Assembly: GCF_009914755.1 (NCBI RefSeq)
Contig: NC_060941.1
DNA: 64,000 nt
Source: the human T2T-CHM13v2.0 reference genome, Homo sapiens
Direction: 5' to 3' (one strand)
Position 1 is the stretch's first letter. Each line of letters opens with the position of its first letter. Below, piece after piece: positions 42,686 to 56,069 of this stretch. Below the pieces are notes generated by a model. It was not told the DNA's origin and ran no database searches. It worked only from the letters and a program-made list of their open reading frames with translations. The position numbers and the translations under genes were made by a program.

Positions 42686-43719
42686 CTTTGTGGTTTTATC
42701 TACTTTTGGTCTTTGATGATGGTGATGTACAGATGGGTTTTTGGTGTGGATGTCCCTTCTGTTTGTTAGTTTTCCTTCTAACAGACAGGACCCTCAGCTG
42801 CAGGTCTGTTGGAGTTTGCTAGAGGTCCACTCCAGACCCTGTTTGCCTGGGTATCCACAGCGGTGGCTGCAGAACAGCGGATTTTCGTGAACCGCGAATG
42901 CTGCTGTCTGATCGTTCCTCTGCAAGTTTTGTCTCAGAGGAGTACCTGGCTGTGTGAGGTGTCAGTCTGCCCCTACTGGGGGGTGCCTCCCAGTTAGGCT
43001 GCTCAGGGGTCAGGGGTCAGGGACCCACTTGAGGAGGCAGTCTGCCCATTCTCAGATCTCCAACTGCGTGCTGGGAGAACCACTGCTCTCTTCAAAGCTG
43101 TCAGACAGGGACATTTAAGTCTGCAGAGGTTACTGCTGTCTTTTTGTTTGTCTGTGCCCTGCCCCCAGAGGTGGAGCCTACAGAGGCAGGCAGGCCTCCT
43201 TGAGCTGTGGTGGGCTCCACCCAGTTCAAGCTTCCCAGCTGCTTTGTTTACCTAAGCAAGCCTGGGCAATGGCGGATGCCCCTCCCCGAGCCTCGCTGCC
43301 ACCTTGCAGTTTGACCTCAGACTGCTGTGCTAGCAATCAGCAAGACTCCGTGGGCGTAGGACCCTCCGAGCCATGTGTGGGATATAATCTCCTGGTGCAT
43401 CGTTTTTTAAGCCCGTCAGAAAAGCGCAGTATTCGGGTGGGAGTGACCCGATTTTCCAGGTGCCGTCTGTCACCCCTTTCTTTGACTAGGAAAGGGAACT
43501 CTCTGATCCCTTGTGCTTCCTGAGTGAGGCAATGCCTCGCTCTGCCTCGGGTCATGCACGGTGCACTGCACCCACTGTCGTGCACCCACTGTCTGGCACT
43601 CCCTAGTGATATGAACCTGGTACCTCAGATGGAAATGGAGAAATCACCGTCTTCTGCATCGCTCACGCTGGGAGCTGTAGACTGGAGCCGTTCCTATTCA
43701 GCCATCTTGGCTGCCTACC
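42686..43719 (-). promoter_or_regulatory. L1 5'UTR: internal sense promoter (YY1 core at ~43701-43709) and antisense promoter
   Basis: Complete 5'UTR with the YY1-type caagatggc near the 5' end. Activity is not shown by sequence. Confidence 0.7.
43269..43523 (+). CDS. L1 antisense ORF0-like peptide (84 aa), open
   Basis: MADAPPRASLPPCSLTSDCCASNQQDSVGVGPSEP...RVGVTRFSRC matches primate L1 ORF0; ATG in gcaATGg context. Confidence 0.65.
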   Translation: MADAPPRASLPPCSLTSDCCASNQQDSVGVGPSEPCVGYNLLVHRFLSPSEKRSIRVGVTRFSRCRLSPLSLTRKGNSLIPCAS

Positions 43720-46700
43720 TGAACCTTTATTTTGATTCAGTAGGTTGGAAAAACTCTTTTTGTAGAACCTTTGAAGGAACATTTCAGAGCCCATTGAGGC
43801 CTATATTTAAAAACTGAATATCCCACAATGAAAACCAGAAACAACCTATCTGTAAAAGTGTTTTGCAGTGAGTGGGATGATCTCTCACAATTAAAACTTC
43901 CTTGTGATTCGGCAGGCTGGAAACACTTTTTGTAGAATCTATGTAGTGATCTTTTGAAGCCTAAAGAGGCCTCTAATGAAAAACAGAGTATCCTGCAATA
44001 ACAACTAGAAATAATCTATCTATGAAAATGCTTTACAATGTATGGATTCATCTCAGAGTTAAACCTTTGATTTTATAGAGCAAATTGGAAACTTTTTTTT
44101 GAGAAATCTACAATAGGACATTTAGGAGCCCATTGAGCCCTCTAGTGAATAACCAAATATCCCACAATAAAAACTAGAAACAAGCTATCTGTTAAAATGT
44201 TTGTGATATGTGGATTTCTCTCACAGAGTTAAACCTATATTTATATACAGCAGGTTGGAAATGCTCTTTTAGTAGAATCTCATAGACATTTCTGAGATCT
44301 TTGTGGCCTATAGTAAAAAAACGAATATTCCCCTATAAAAACTAGGAGCAAACAATCTGTGAAAATGCTTTGCAATGTGTGGATTCATCTCACAGAGTAG
44401 AACCTTGTCTTAATATAGCAGGTTGGCAACACTCTTTTTGTAGAATCTACAAAGGGAAATTTTGGAGCCCATTCAGGCTTATAGTGAAAAACTGAGTATC
44501 ACATAATAAAAACTAGAAAAAACTATCTGTGAAAATGTTTTGAGATGTGTGAATTCATCTCACAGAGGTAAACCTCTGTTTATATTCAGCAGGTTGAAAA
44601 CTCTCATTTTATAGAACCTAAGGAGGGACATTTCAGAGCCTTTTGAGGCCTATAGTGAAAAACCAAACATCCCACAATAAAAACTAGAAGCCAGCTATAT
44701 CTAAAAATGCTTTGCAGTATGTAGATTCATCTCACAGAGTTAAACCTTTATTTTTATACAGCATATTGTGAACACTCCTTTAGTAGAATCTGAGAGGGGA
44801 CAATTCTGTGCCCACTGAGGCCTATAGTGAAAAACAGAATATCCCCCAATAAAAACTTGAAACAAGCTATCTGTGAAAATGCTTTGTGATGTGTGGATTC
44901 AGCTTAAAGAGTTAAACTTTTGCTTTGGTTCCACAAATTAGAAACATTCTTTTTGTAGAATCTATGTAGGGCATTTCTGAGCCCAGTGAGGCCTATAGTG
45001 AAAAACCGAATATGCCAATATAAAAATTAGAAAAAAATTTTTGTGAAAATTCTCTGTGATATGTGGATTCATCTCACAATGTTAAACCTTTGTTTTGATT
45101 CAGCAGGTTGAAAAATCTGTTTTTGTGCAATCTTTGAGGAGACATTTTAAAGCCCATTGAGGCTTATAGTAAAAACCGAATATCCCATGACAAAAATTAT
45201 ATGAAGCTATCTCTGAAAATGCTTTGCAATGCGTGATTTCATCTCACAGAGTTAAACCTTTCTTTCAATTCAGCAGGTTGGAAACACTTCTTTTATAGAA
45301 TCTATGAAGGGACATTTCAGAGCCCATTGAGGCTTATAGTGAAAAACAGAATAGCCCAAGATAAAAACTAGAAGCAACCTATCTGTGAAAATGCTTTGTG
45401 ATGTGTGAATTGATCTCACAGAGTTAAACCTTTGTTTTGATTCAGCAGGTTGGAAACACTTCTTTTGTAGAATCAATAAAGGAACATTTCTAAGCCCATT
45501 GAGGCCTTTAGGGAAAAACCAATATCTCTGATTTTCAAGACACAGATTTTCAGAGATAGATTTTCAAGCTATCTCTGAAAATCTTTGCAATGTGTGGATT
45601 TATATCACAGAGTTAAACCTATGTTTATATGCAGCAGGTTGGAAGTATCTAAAAGAAGATATTTCTGAGCCCTTTGAGGCCTATAGTGAAAAACATAATA
45701 TCCCCCAATAAAAACTGAAAACAAACTATCTGTAAAAACGCTTCACAATGTGTGGATTAATCTCACAGAACCCTTGCTTTGATTCAGCAGGTTGTAAACA
45801 ATCTTTTTGTAGAATTTATGAAGGGACATTTCGGAGCCCATGGAGGCCTACAGTAAAAAACTGAATATCACATGATAAAAACTAGAAACGAGCTATCTGT
45901 GAAAATGCTTTGTGATGTGTGGTTTCATCTCAAAAACTTAAACCTTTGCATTTATTCAGCAGGTTGGGTACAGTTTTTTTGTAGAATATACAAAGGGACA
46001 TTTCATACCCATTGACACCTATAGTAAAAAATCAATGTTTTGTGATAAAAACAATGAAAAACCAACTTCTGAAAATGCTTTGCAATGTGTGGATTCATCT
46101 CACATATTTAAACTTTTGTTTTGATTCAGCAGGTTGGAAACACTGTCTTTGTAGAATCTATGAAGTGACATTTCAGAGCCCATTGAAGCCAATAGTGAAA
46201 AACCGAATATTTTGCAATAAAAACTAAAAATAACTATTCTGTGAAAATGCTTTGCGATGTGTGGATTCACCTCACAGAGATAAACCTTTGTTTTGATTCA
46301 GCAGGTTGAAAAGATGTTTTTATACAATCTAAGAAAAGACATTTTGAAGCCCATTGAAGCCTATAGTGAAAACCCAAATACCCCGTGATAAAAACTACGA
46401 ACAGCTTTTTGTGCAAATGCTTTGAGTTGTGTGGATTCACCTCACAGAGATAAACCTTTGTTTTGATTCAGCAGGTTGGAAAGACGTTTTTGTACAATCT
46501 AAGAAAAGACATTTTGAAGCCCATTGAAGCCTATAGTGAAAAATCAAATATCCCGTGATAAAAACTACAAACAGCTATTTGTGAAAATGCTTTGTGTTGT
46601 GTGGATTCATCTCACAGATTTAAAACTTTGTTTTAATTCAGCAGTTTGGAAACAGTCTTTTTGTACAATCTACAAAATAATGTGTTGGATCCCTTTGAGG

Positions 46701-49700
46701 CCTATAGTGAGAAACCAAATATCCCCTGATAAAAAAAATAGAAGCAAGTTCTCTGTGAAAATGCTTTACAATGTATGGATTCCTCTTACATAGTTAAAAC
46801 TTTCTTCTGATTCAGCAGGTTGTAAATACTTCTTTTGTAAAATCTACGAAGCAGCATTTCAGAGCCCATTGAGGCTTATAGTGAAAAACAGAATATCCCA
46901 TGATAAAAACTAGAAACAACCTAACTGTGAAAATACTTTGCGATGTTTGAATTGATCTGACAGAGTTAAACCTTTGTTTTGATTCAGCAGGTTGGAAACA
47001 CTTTTTGTAGAATCAACAAAGGAACAATTCAGAGCCCATTGAGGTCTACAGTGAGGAACAAATATCACTTGATAAAAACTAGAAACAAGCTATCTGTGAA
47101 CTAGCTTTGCAATGTGTGAGTTTATCTCACAGAGTTAAAACATTTTTTTTTTGATTCAGCAGGTTGGAGACACACTATTTGTATAATCTACAAGGGGACA
47201 TTTCAGAGCCCATTGAGGCCTATAGTGAAAAACTGAATATCTTGCAATAAAAACTAGAAACAAGCTATCTCTGAAAACCTTTGTGATTTGTGGATTTTTC
47301 TCACAGAGTTAAACCTATGTTTATATACAGCAGATTGGAAACCTTCTTTTAGTAGAATCTAAAAGAAGACAATTTCTGAGCCTTTTGAGGCCTATAGTGA
47401 AAAATTGTATATCCTGGGATAAAACTACAAACAATCTATCTCTAAAAATGATTTGTGACACGTGGATTCATCTCAAAGAGTTAAATGTTTGCTTTGATTC
47501 AACAGGTTGGAAAGACTCTCTTTGTAGAATCTGCAAAGGGACATTTTGGAACCCATTGGGGCTTATAGGGAAAAGCTGAATATCCTGTGATAAAAACTAG
47601 AAACAAACTATCTGTGAAAATGCTTTGCAATGTTGGATTCATCTCACAGAGTTAAACCTTTGTTTTCATACAGCAGGTTGGAAACAATTTTTTAGTAGAA
47701 TCTAAGAGGGGACATTTTTGAGCCCATTCGGTCCTATAGTGAAAAAGTGAATATCCTACAATTAAAACTAAAAACAACCATCTGTAAAAATGTTTTGCAA
47801 TGTGCGGATTCATCTCAAAGTGTTAAACTTTTATTTTGATTCAGCAGGTTGGAAACACTCTTTTTGTAGAATCTACGAAGCAACATTTTGGAGCCCATTG
47901 AAGCCTATAGTGAAAAACCGAATATCCCACGATAAAAACTAGAAGCAAGCTATCTGTGAAAATGCGTTGCAGTGCGTGGATTTATCTCACAGAGTTAAAC
48001 CTTAGTTTTGATTCAGCAGGTTGGATACACTCTTTTTGTGCAATCTACAAGGGGACATTTTGGAGCCTAATGAGGCCTATAGTGAAAAACCAAATGTCAC
48101 ACGATAAAAACTACAAAGAAGCTATGTCTAAAAATGCTTTGTGATGTGTGATTTTGTCTCACAGAGTTTAACCTTTCTTGTGATTCAGTGGGTTGGAAAC
48201 GCTCTCTTTCTACAATCTATTGGGATACATTTCAGAGCAAACTGTGGCCTATACTGAAAAACCAATTATCCCATGACAAAAACTAGGCAAAAGCTATCGG
48301 TGAAAATGCTTTGTGATGTGTGGATTTATCTCATAAATTTAAATCTTTGTATTTATTCAGCAGGTTTGGAACACTTTTTTGTAGACTATACGAAGGGACA
48401 TTTCACACTTATGGAATCCTATAGTAAAAAAGCAAATATTTCATGATAAAAACAATAAAAATTTATCTCTGAAAATGCTTTGCAATGTGTGGATTCATCT
48501 CAAAGAGTTAAACCATTGCTTTGATTCAGCAGGTTAGAAACACTCTCTTTGTAGAATCTACAAAGGGATATTTCGGAGCTTATTGAGGCCAACAGTGCAA
48601 AACCGAATATCTCGCAATGAAAACTAGAAACAAACTATCTGTTAAAATGCTCTGTGATGTGTGGATTCATCTCACAGAGTTAAACCTTTGTTCCCATTCA
48701 GCAGGTTGGAAACTATCTTTTGTAGAATCTATGAAGGGTCATTTCAAAGCCCATTGAGGCCTATAGTGAAAAGAGATACCTCATGATAAAAACTAGAAAC
48801 AAGCTATCAGTGAAAATGCTTTGCAATGTGTGAATTCATCTCATAGAGTTAAACCTTCATTTTAATTCAGCAGGTTGGAAACACCTTTTTTGTAGAATCT
48901 AGGAAGGGATATTTTGGAGCCATTTGACACCTATAGTGAAAACCGAATATCCCCTGATAAAAACTAGAAGCAAGGTATTTGTGAAAATGCTCTGTGATAT
49001 GTGGATTCATCCCACAGAGTCAAACCTTTGTTTTGACTCAACAAGCCAGAAGCACTTTCTTTGTAGAATCTACAAAGAGACATTTCAGAGCCCATCGAGA
49101 CCTATGGTGAATAGCTGAATATTCCCTGATAAAAACTAGAATTAAGCTATCTGTGAAAATGCTTTGCAATGTGTGGATCACCTCTCAGAGTTAAACCTTT
49201 GTTTTGATTCAGCAGATTGGAAACACTCTTTTTGAAGAATCAACAAAGGGACATTTTCAGCCCATGTGCAGGTATATTGATAAACCAAATATCCCACAAC
49301 AGAAACTAGCAACTATTAGTGAAAATGCTTTGCAATATGTGAATTCATCTCACAGATTTAAATATTTATTTTCATTCAGAAGGTTGGGAACACTCGTTTT
49401 GTAGAATCTACAAAAAAGACATTTCAAAGCCCATTGTGGCTTACAGTGAAAAACCAAGCATTTCACAATAAAAACTAAAAACAATCTATCTGTGAACATA
49501 ATTTGCAATGTGTGGATTCACCTCACAGAATTAAACCTTTGTTTTGATTCAACAGGTTGGAAACACTTTTTTCGTAGAAGCTATGGAGGGACATTTTGGA
49601 GCTTATTGAGGACTATAGTGAAAAAATGAATACTTTGTAATGAAAACAAAAAACAATCTATATGTGAAAGTGCTTTGTGATGTGTGTATTGATCTCACAG

Positions 49701-52052
49701 ACTTAAACCTTTGTTTTGTTTCAGAAGGCTAGAAACACTTTTTTTGTAGGATATACAAAGGGACATTTCAAATGCCATAGACAAGTATAGTGAAACACTG
49801 AATATCCTGCAATAAAAACTATAAACAAGCTATCTGTGAAAATGCTTTGCAATGTGTGGATTCATCTCCCAGAGTTAAACCTTTGTTTTGATTCAGCAAG
49901 TTGGAGACAGTCTTATTCTAAGGGACGTTAAGGAGCCCATTAAGGGAAATTTCAAAGCCCATTGAGAACTATAGTAAAAGAAGAATATTCCGCAATAAAA
50001 ACTAGAAAAATCTATCTGTGAAAATGCTTGGTGATGTGTGAATTCATCTCACAGAGTTAAACCTTTGTTTTGATTCAGCAGGCCAAAATCACTTTTTTTG
50101 TAGAATCTACGAAGGGACATTTCAGAGCCCATTAAGGCCTGTAGTAAAAAAAAAAAACTGATTATCTTGCGATAAAAACTAGAAACAAGCTATCTGTGAA
50201 AATGCTTTAGGATGGGTCATTTCGAGTCACAGAGTTAAATCTTTGTTTTGATTCAGCAGGTTGAAAACACACTTTTGTAGAAACTATGAGGGGATATTTC
50301 AGAGCATATTGAAGTCTATAGTGAATAATGAAATATCCCACGATAAAAACTAGAAACAAGCTATCTGGGAAAATGCTTTGCAATGGATGAATCTCACAGA
50401 CTTAAACCTCTGTTTTGATCGAGCAGGTTGGAAACATTCTTGTGGCACAATCTATGGAGGGACATTTCAGAGCTCATTGAGGCCTATATTTGTAAAACAA
50501 AATATCCTGCTATAAAAACTGGAAACAAGCTATCTGTGAAAATGCTTGGTGATGTGTGGATTCAACTCACAGAGTTAAACCTTGGTTTTGATTCAGCAGG
50601 ATGGAAACACTTTTTTTGTAAAATCTACAAAGGGGAGGTTGGAAACACTCTTTTTATGAAATCTACGAAGATACATTTTGGAGCCCATTGAGGCCTATAG
50701 TGAAAAACTGAGTATCCCACAATTAAAACTAGAAAGAAGCTATCCGTGAACTGCCTGGTGATGTGAGGATTCATTTGACAGAGTTAAATCTTTGTTTTAA
50801 TTCAGCAGATTGGAAACACTCTTTTGTAGAATCTGCGAAGGGACATTTCGGAGCCCATTGAGGCCTATGGTGGAAAACCAAATATCCCATGATAAAAACT
50901 AGAAACAAGTTATATGTGAAAATGTTTTGTGATGTTTGGATTCATCTCAGAATTAAACCTTTGTTTGGTTTCAGCTTGTTGGAAATACTCTTTTGGTAGA
51001 ATCTTCAAAGAGACATTTTAGAGCCCATTGAGGCCTACAGTGGAAAACCGAATATCCCACAATAAAAACTAGAAACAAGCTATCAGTGAAAATGCTTTGT
51101 GATGTGTTTATTCATTTTACAGAGTTAAACCTTTGTTTTGATTCAGCAGGTTAAAAAACACTCTTTCATAGAATCTATGAAGCAATATTTCTAAGCCATT
51201 GAGGTCTATACTGAAAAACTGAATATCTCACGATAAAAAGTAGAAACTAGCTATTGGTGAAAATGCTTTCTGATGTGAGGATTCATCTCACAGAGTTAAA
51301 CCTTGGTATTGATTCAGCAGGCTGGAAACATCCTTTTTGTAAAATCTACAAAGGGATATTTTGGAGACCATTGAGGCCTATAGTGAAAGACCAAATATCC
51401 TGTGATTAAAACTAGAAACAAGCTATCCATGAAAATGCTTTGCAATGTTTGGATTTATTTTACAGGGTTAAACCTTTATTTGGTTCAGTAGGTTGGAAAC
51501 ACTCTTTTTGTAGAATCTATGAGGGGACATTTTAGAGCCCATTGAGGCCTACAGTAAAAAACCCAACATCCCACTATAAAAACTAGAAACAACTATCTGT
51601 GCACATACTTTGTGATGTGTGGATTCATCTCACAGAGTTAAACCTTTGTTTTGATTCAGCAGATAGGAAACGCTCTTCTTGTAGAATCTAAGAAGGGACA
51701 CTTCAGAGCCTATTTAGGCCTATAGTGAATAACCACATATCCCGTGATAAAAACTAGAAACAATCTATCTGTGAAAATGCTTTGCTAAGTGTGGATTCAT
51801 CTCACAGATTTAAACCTTTATTTTAATTAAGAAGGTTGAAAACACTCTTTTAGTAAAATCTACGAAAGGCAGGTTGGAAGCACTCTATTTTTAGAATCTA
51901 CAAAGGGACTTTTTGGAGCCCATTGAGGCCTATAGTGAAAAAACCTATATCCCAAGATAAAAACTAGAAACAAGCTATCAGTGAAAATGCTTTGCCATGT
52001 GTTCATTCATTTCACAGAGTCAAACCGTTGTTTTGATTCAGCAGGTTGGTAA
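43720..52052 (+). repeat. monomeric alpha satellite, block 6
   Basis: Continuous 172-bp divergent monomers. Confidence 0.94.
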
Positions 52053-53067
52053 TGTGGGCAGCAAGCCACCCAGGCACCGAGGCAAGAGACAGAGGACACA
52101 AGCTGTTCCAGCATAATAAAATATAAAACAAGAATAGTTATACCAGATATAGATCTTAGATATGATTATATATGAATATCATTAATCATTGGTTTGTAGT
52201 AATTACTTTTTATTCCAATATTATGATAATCCTCACTCTATAACATAGCCTAGGAAAAACCAGGCCATACAGAGATAGGAGCTGAGGGGACATAGTGAGG
52301 TGTGACCAGAAGACAAGAGTGCGAGCCTTCTGTTATGCCCGGACAAGGCCACCAGAGGGCTCCTTGGTCTAGCGGTGACACCAGCATCTGGGAAGACGCC
52401 CATTACCAGGCGGATCATGGTCCAGCGGTAGCAAAAGGCATCAAGGAACAACACCCGCTACTTAGCAGACCGGGAAAGGGTGGGGGGGGGGGTCTCCCTT
52501 TCCCCAGGGGAGTTTAGAGAAGACTCTGCTCCTCCACCTCTTGTGGAGGGCCTGACATCAGTCAGGCTCGCCCGCAGTTATCCGGAGGCCTAACCATCTC
52601 CCTGTGATGCTGTGCTTCAGTGGTCACACTCCTAGTCTGCCTTCATGTTCCATCCTGTACACCTGGCTCTGCCTTCCAGATAGCAGTAGTAAATTAGTGA
52701 AAATACTAATAGTCCCTGATATGCAAAATAATGGCGTAAGCTGTCTTTCCTTTTGTCTCCTCTCCCTCTCTGCCTCAGCTGCCAGGCAGGGAAGGGCCCC
52801 CTGTCCAGTGGACACGTGACCCACGTGACCTTACCTATCATTGGAGGTGACTCACATTCTTTACCCTGCCCCTTCTGCCTTGTATCCAATAAATAACAGT
52901 GCAGCCAGACATTCGGGGCCACTACTGGTCTCCGCACATTGGTGGTAGTGGTCCCCCGGGCCCAGCTGCCTTTTCTCTTGTCTCTTTGTCTTGTGTCTTT
53001 ATTTCTACACTCTCTCATCGCTGCACACAGGGAGAGACCTACCGACCCTGTGGGGCTGGTCCCCACA
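52053..53067 (+). mobile_element. solo LTR13 (HERV-K13/HML4)
   Basis: TGTGGGCAGCAAGCCACCCAGG...GGTCCCCACA; 1015 bp. Tandem CACGTG at 52813 and 52822, TGACTCA at 52848, AATAAA at 52888. Flanked by gtaa on both sides. Confidence 0.87.
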
Positions 53068-53193
53068 GTAAGACTTTTTTATAGAATCTACAATGGGACG
53101 TTTCATAGCCCATTGATGCCTATAGTGAAAAACCAAATATCCCGCAATAAAATCTAGAAACTAGATATTTGTGAAAATGCCTTAGGATGTGTG
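53068..53193 (+). repeat. terminal alpha satellite remnant, block 7
   Basis: Monomer continues in phase after LTR13, then stops abruptly at ...ggatgtgtg. Confidence 0.88.
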
Positions 53194-53904
53194 TGCAAAC
53201 ACAGCCATGTTTGCTAAAGGGAATAGCACAAAGATAATCTGACCCAGATGGCCCATATCCATCCTCAGCCTCAGATCCTGGTGAGTCTGAGCCTCTCCCC
53301 AGCTCCTGCTACCTCTGATGGGTCTTCAGGACTTGCTTGTCATAGCAGGGCTGATACTCCTGCTGAGTTCCCCCATTTGAGTGAGGACATGTCTGGAGAG
53401 AGGAGAGAGCTGGAACAGAGTCTTCCCAGTGATTTCCAGTGACTCAAAGAGGTTTTCCCAAAAGTCTTATAGTAGAAGATAGAGAAAGTGGGGCATTACA
53501 GAGAAAGCGGGGCGTTCAGGGCCAGACCTTAGGAGAATCCTCTACCCCAACCCAGTGAAGGCCTAATCTTGTGCTACTTTCCCTTGTAACACTGGGAGAA
53601 TCAGATTCATCAAGAACTTTCACCTTTCCTCTACTGAATTTCGGTTCCCTTTCCAATGGTTCCAACATGCCCAGTAAAGTGAGTTGTTCCATCTGTACAA
53701 CCTGGGGTGGTGTGGTGAAGGGGAAAGAGACCAGCTCCTTCTCCCACTTCCCAGTGAGGCCTATGAAGAGGCAACTAGACTCTTTCTACCAAGTGGATGA
53801 ACTCAGGCCTAGAGTTGGAGTTAGCAGACCACTGTGCAGAAGCCATGGCCCTCAGCAGAGATAGGAACAATGAGAAACAAATGTGTGACTATAGGAACTG
53901 CTTC

Positions 53905-54177
53905 TTTTTTTTTTTTTTTGAGATGGAGTCTTGCTCTTTTGCCCAGGCTGCAGTGCAGTGGCATGATCTTGGCTCACTGCAATCTCCACCACCTGTGATC
54001 AAGCAATTCTCATGCCTCAGCCTCCCAAGTATCTGGGATCACATGCACGTGCCACCATGCCTGGCTAATTTTTGTATTTTTAGTAGAGATGGGGTTTCAC
54101 CATGTTGGCCAGGCTGGTCTCAAACTCCTAGCCTCAAGTGATCCACTGCCTCAGCCTCCCAAAGTGCTGGGATTACA
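53905..54177 (-). mobile_element. Alu (AluJb/Sx-like), slightly 5'-truncated
   Basis: poly(T) followed by gagatggagtcttgctc...ctcccaaagtgctgggattaca. Confidence 0.9.
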
Positions 54178-55177
54178 TACAGGATGTGTTCTAAGTGGAC
54201 GACTCAAGGTATACATAAAACCAAGCTTTCTGTTTATACTTGTGTTAGAAGAAGCTGACCTCAGAAGGGCAGGTGAATATTTGGGTGAGAAAAGGCAAAA
54301 TATGGCTAAGGAGCAGCCAGGAGGCCAGGTTGGCTGGAGTACAGGTTTATTAGAAGAGACAGTCATGGATGGGGCTATTCTGGGCAAAGCCCTGGAGGTC
54401 TGGCTGAGAAACTGGAATTCTCTGCCTATAGCCCCAATGTACTAGGTGGTTGTTACCCAAGTACAAAGCTACAGCTATGTCCTTAGCTTGGATTTCAGAA
54501 AATAATACATTTTTAAATCATCTGCAAGAGTCTAACACATATGTTTATCTTTGGCCCCAATTATATAATTTCAAAAGCATGAATATTTTTGTACATGTCT
54601 GTTTCTTGGTTGCGCACATCAGAAGCCACCTGCAGTTTACCTGAACAGAAAAAGAGTGAGTATATTGGAAGAATGTTGGTGGGTCACAGAATGGGTGGGG
54701 AGGCTTGGCCACCAGCCCCAAGAAACAGGCAGGAACCCATGGAGGTGAGTCAGCAGGAAGCCCAGTCAAAGATGTGACACAGGAACATCACCCACAGCCA
54801 CAGACGCTGCTGTGGATGCTCTCTAACGGCTCCTGTGTCTTGGCATCATCACGCTCCCCATAACCATTATTCCCAGCTGGAGGGGCCCACTGGTAAGCCA
54901 GGAGATAGGGACAGGAAACATCTGGCCTTTTCCAGCTCCCACAGGCAGAGGACCTCCCATTAAGACCTTCCAAAAGTGGAATTCCCATGAAATAGGAAGG
55001 AGATCTAGGTGTTACATAGCCCCCCAAACAGCAAATGTTCATAATTCAGAAATATTTTTTAAAAGACTAATTTTTCTATTTTTTTTTTAGTTTTAGCTCA
55101 AAGACATGGTAGGTTTTTAAAGGATGTATTTAAGAACCAGATTATTCTATTTTTTAAATACAGTATTTTGGAATTGG

Positions 55178-55436
55178 CAGTATAGGAGAATGGGTTAAAT
55201 ATATGGCCTGGACTCAGATCAGACCTGGGTTTGAAGCCCAGCTCTACCATTTCCTAGCAGTGTGGCCCTGGGCAAGAAAATTAACCTCTCTGAGCCTGTG
55301 CTCTTCTAAAATGGGGTCATTATAGTACTTACCTCACACCTTTGAACTTTGAGGTTTAAGTGAGATAATGCATGTGAAGATCCTACCAGTGCTTGGCACC
55401 AGGGAAACACTCCATAAATATCAACTATTGTCATTG
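55178..55436 (+). mobile_element. MIR SINE
   Basis: agacctgggtttgaagcccagctctacc...ctgggcaag...aacctctctgagcct...aaaatggg...tacctca core. Confidence 0.8.
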
Positions 55437-55611
55437 AGTTACCTGTCCTAAGGCCTGAAAAATCAACATGGTCACATTGGGCCCCATACCTTGGGGTATG
55501 TGGGCTTGGCCTGACTTAAGTCCAGGCAGCTAGAGCCACACAAGGGAAGGAGGATGTCCAGATGTCCACTTGGACACATTTCCCCCTCATTCCTTGCTTT
55601 TTCCCCTTTTA

Positions 55612-55846
55612 TTGTTTAAGGCCATGGGTTTTGATGTTACAGGTTTGGATTTGAATCCAGACCTGCCAGATGATGTTGGGCACCTCACGTGAGTTATTTA
55701 ACTTCTCTAACCTTCAGGCTTTTTTCACTGCAAAATGAGAATAATGCTATCTACCATGTGGCAGTGCTGTAAGAAATCAGATAGTTTGTGCAGGGTGCTT
55801 AGCACTGTGCCTCATAGGTGAGAAGGGTCCTCATTAGTATATATTC
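55612..55846 (+). mobile_element. MIR SINE (degenerate)
   Basis: ggatttgaatcc...agttatttaacttctcta...ctgcaaaatgagaataat...gtgcttagcactgtgcct. Confidence 0.7.
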
Positions 55847-56069
55847 ATCCTCGTGGGTTAGGGGAGAAGTAGCACTTCCCAAGAAGGTTATTTTCCTTCT
55901 ATAATACCACATGTAAATTTATCTCTTTGATGCTTAAGTCATCTGGCAAGGATTGTTCTGGCTTCTACAAAAAAAAAAGGTAAAATCATCTTGACAGTTG
56001 GAGGTGACATCTGTGGAAAATGCTAGTGTTCATGTAGCAAAAACCTAGACCAGATCACTGCAAGCATGT

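Noticed and set aside
53195-53214. gcaaaca/tgtttgc 7-bp inverted repeat at the right junction
   Set aside because: Too short to distinguish from chance.
54640-55020. Possible old MLT1-type LTR (also ~61010-61440)
   Set aside because: Resemblance is too weak to call without a profile search.
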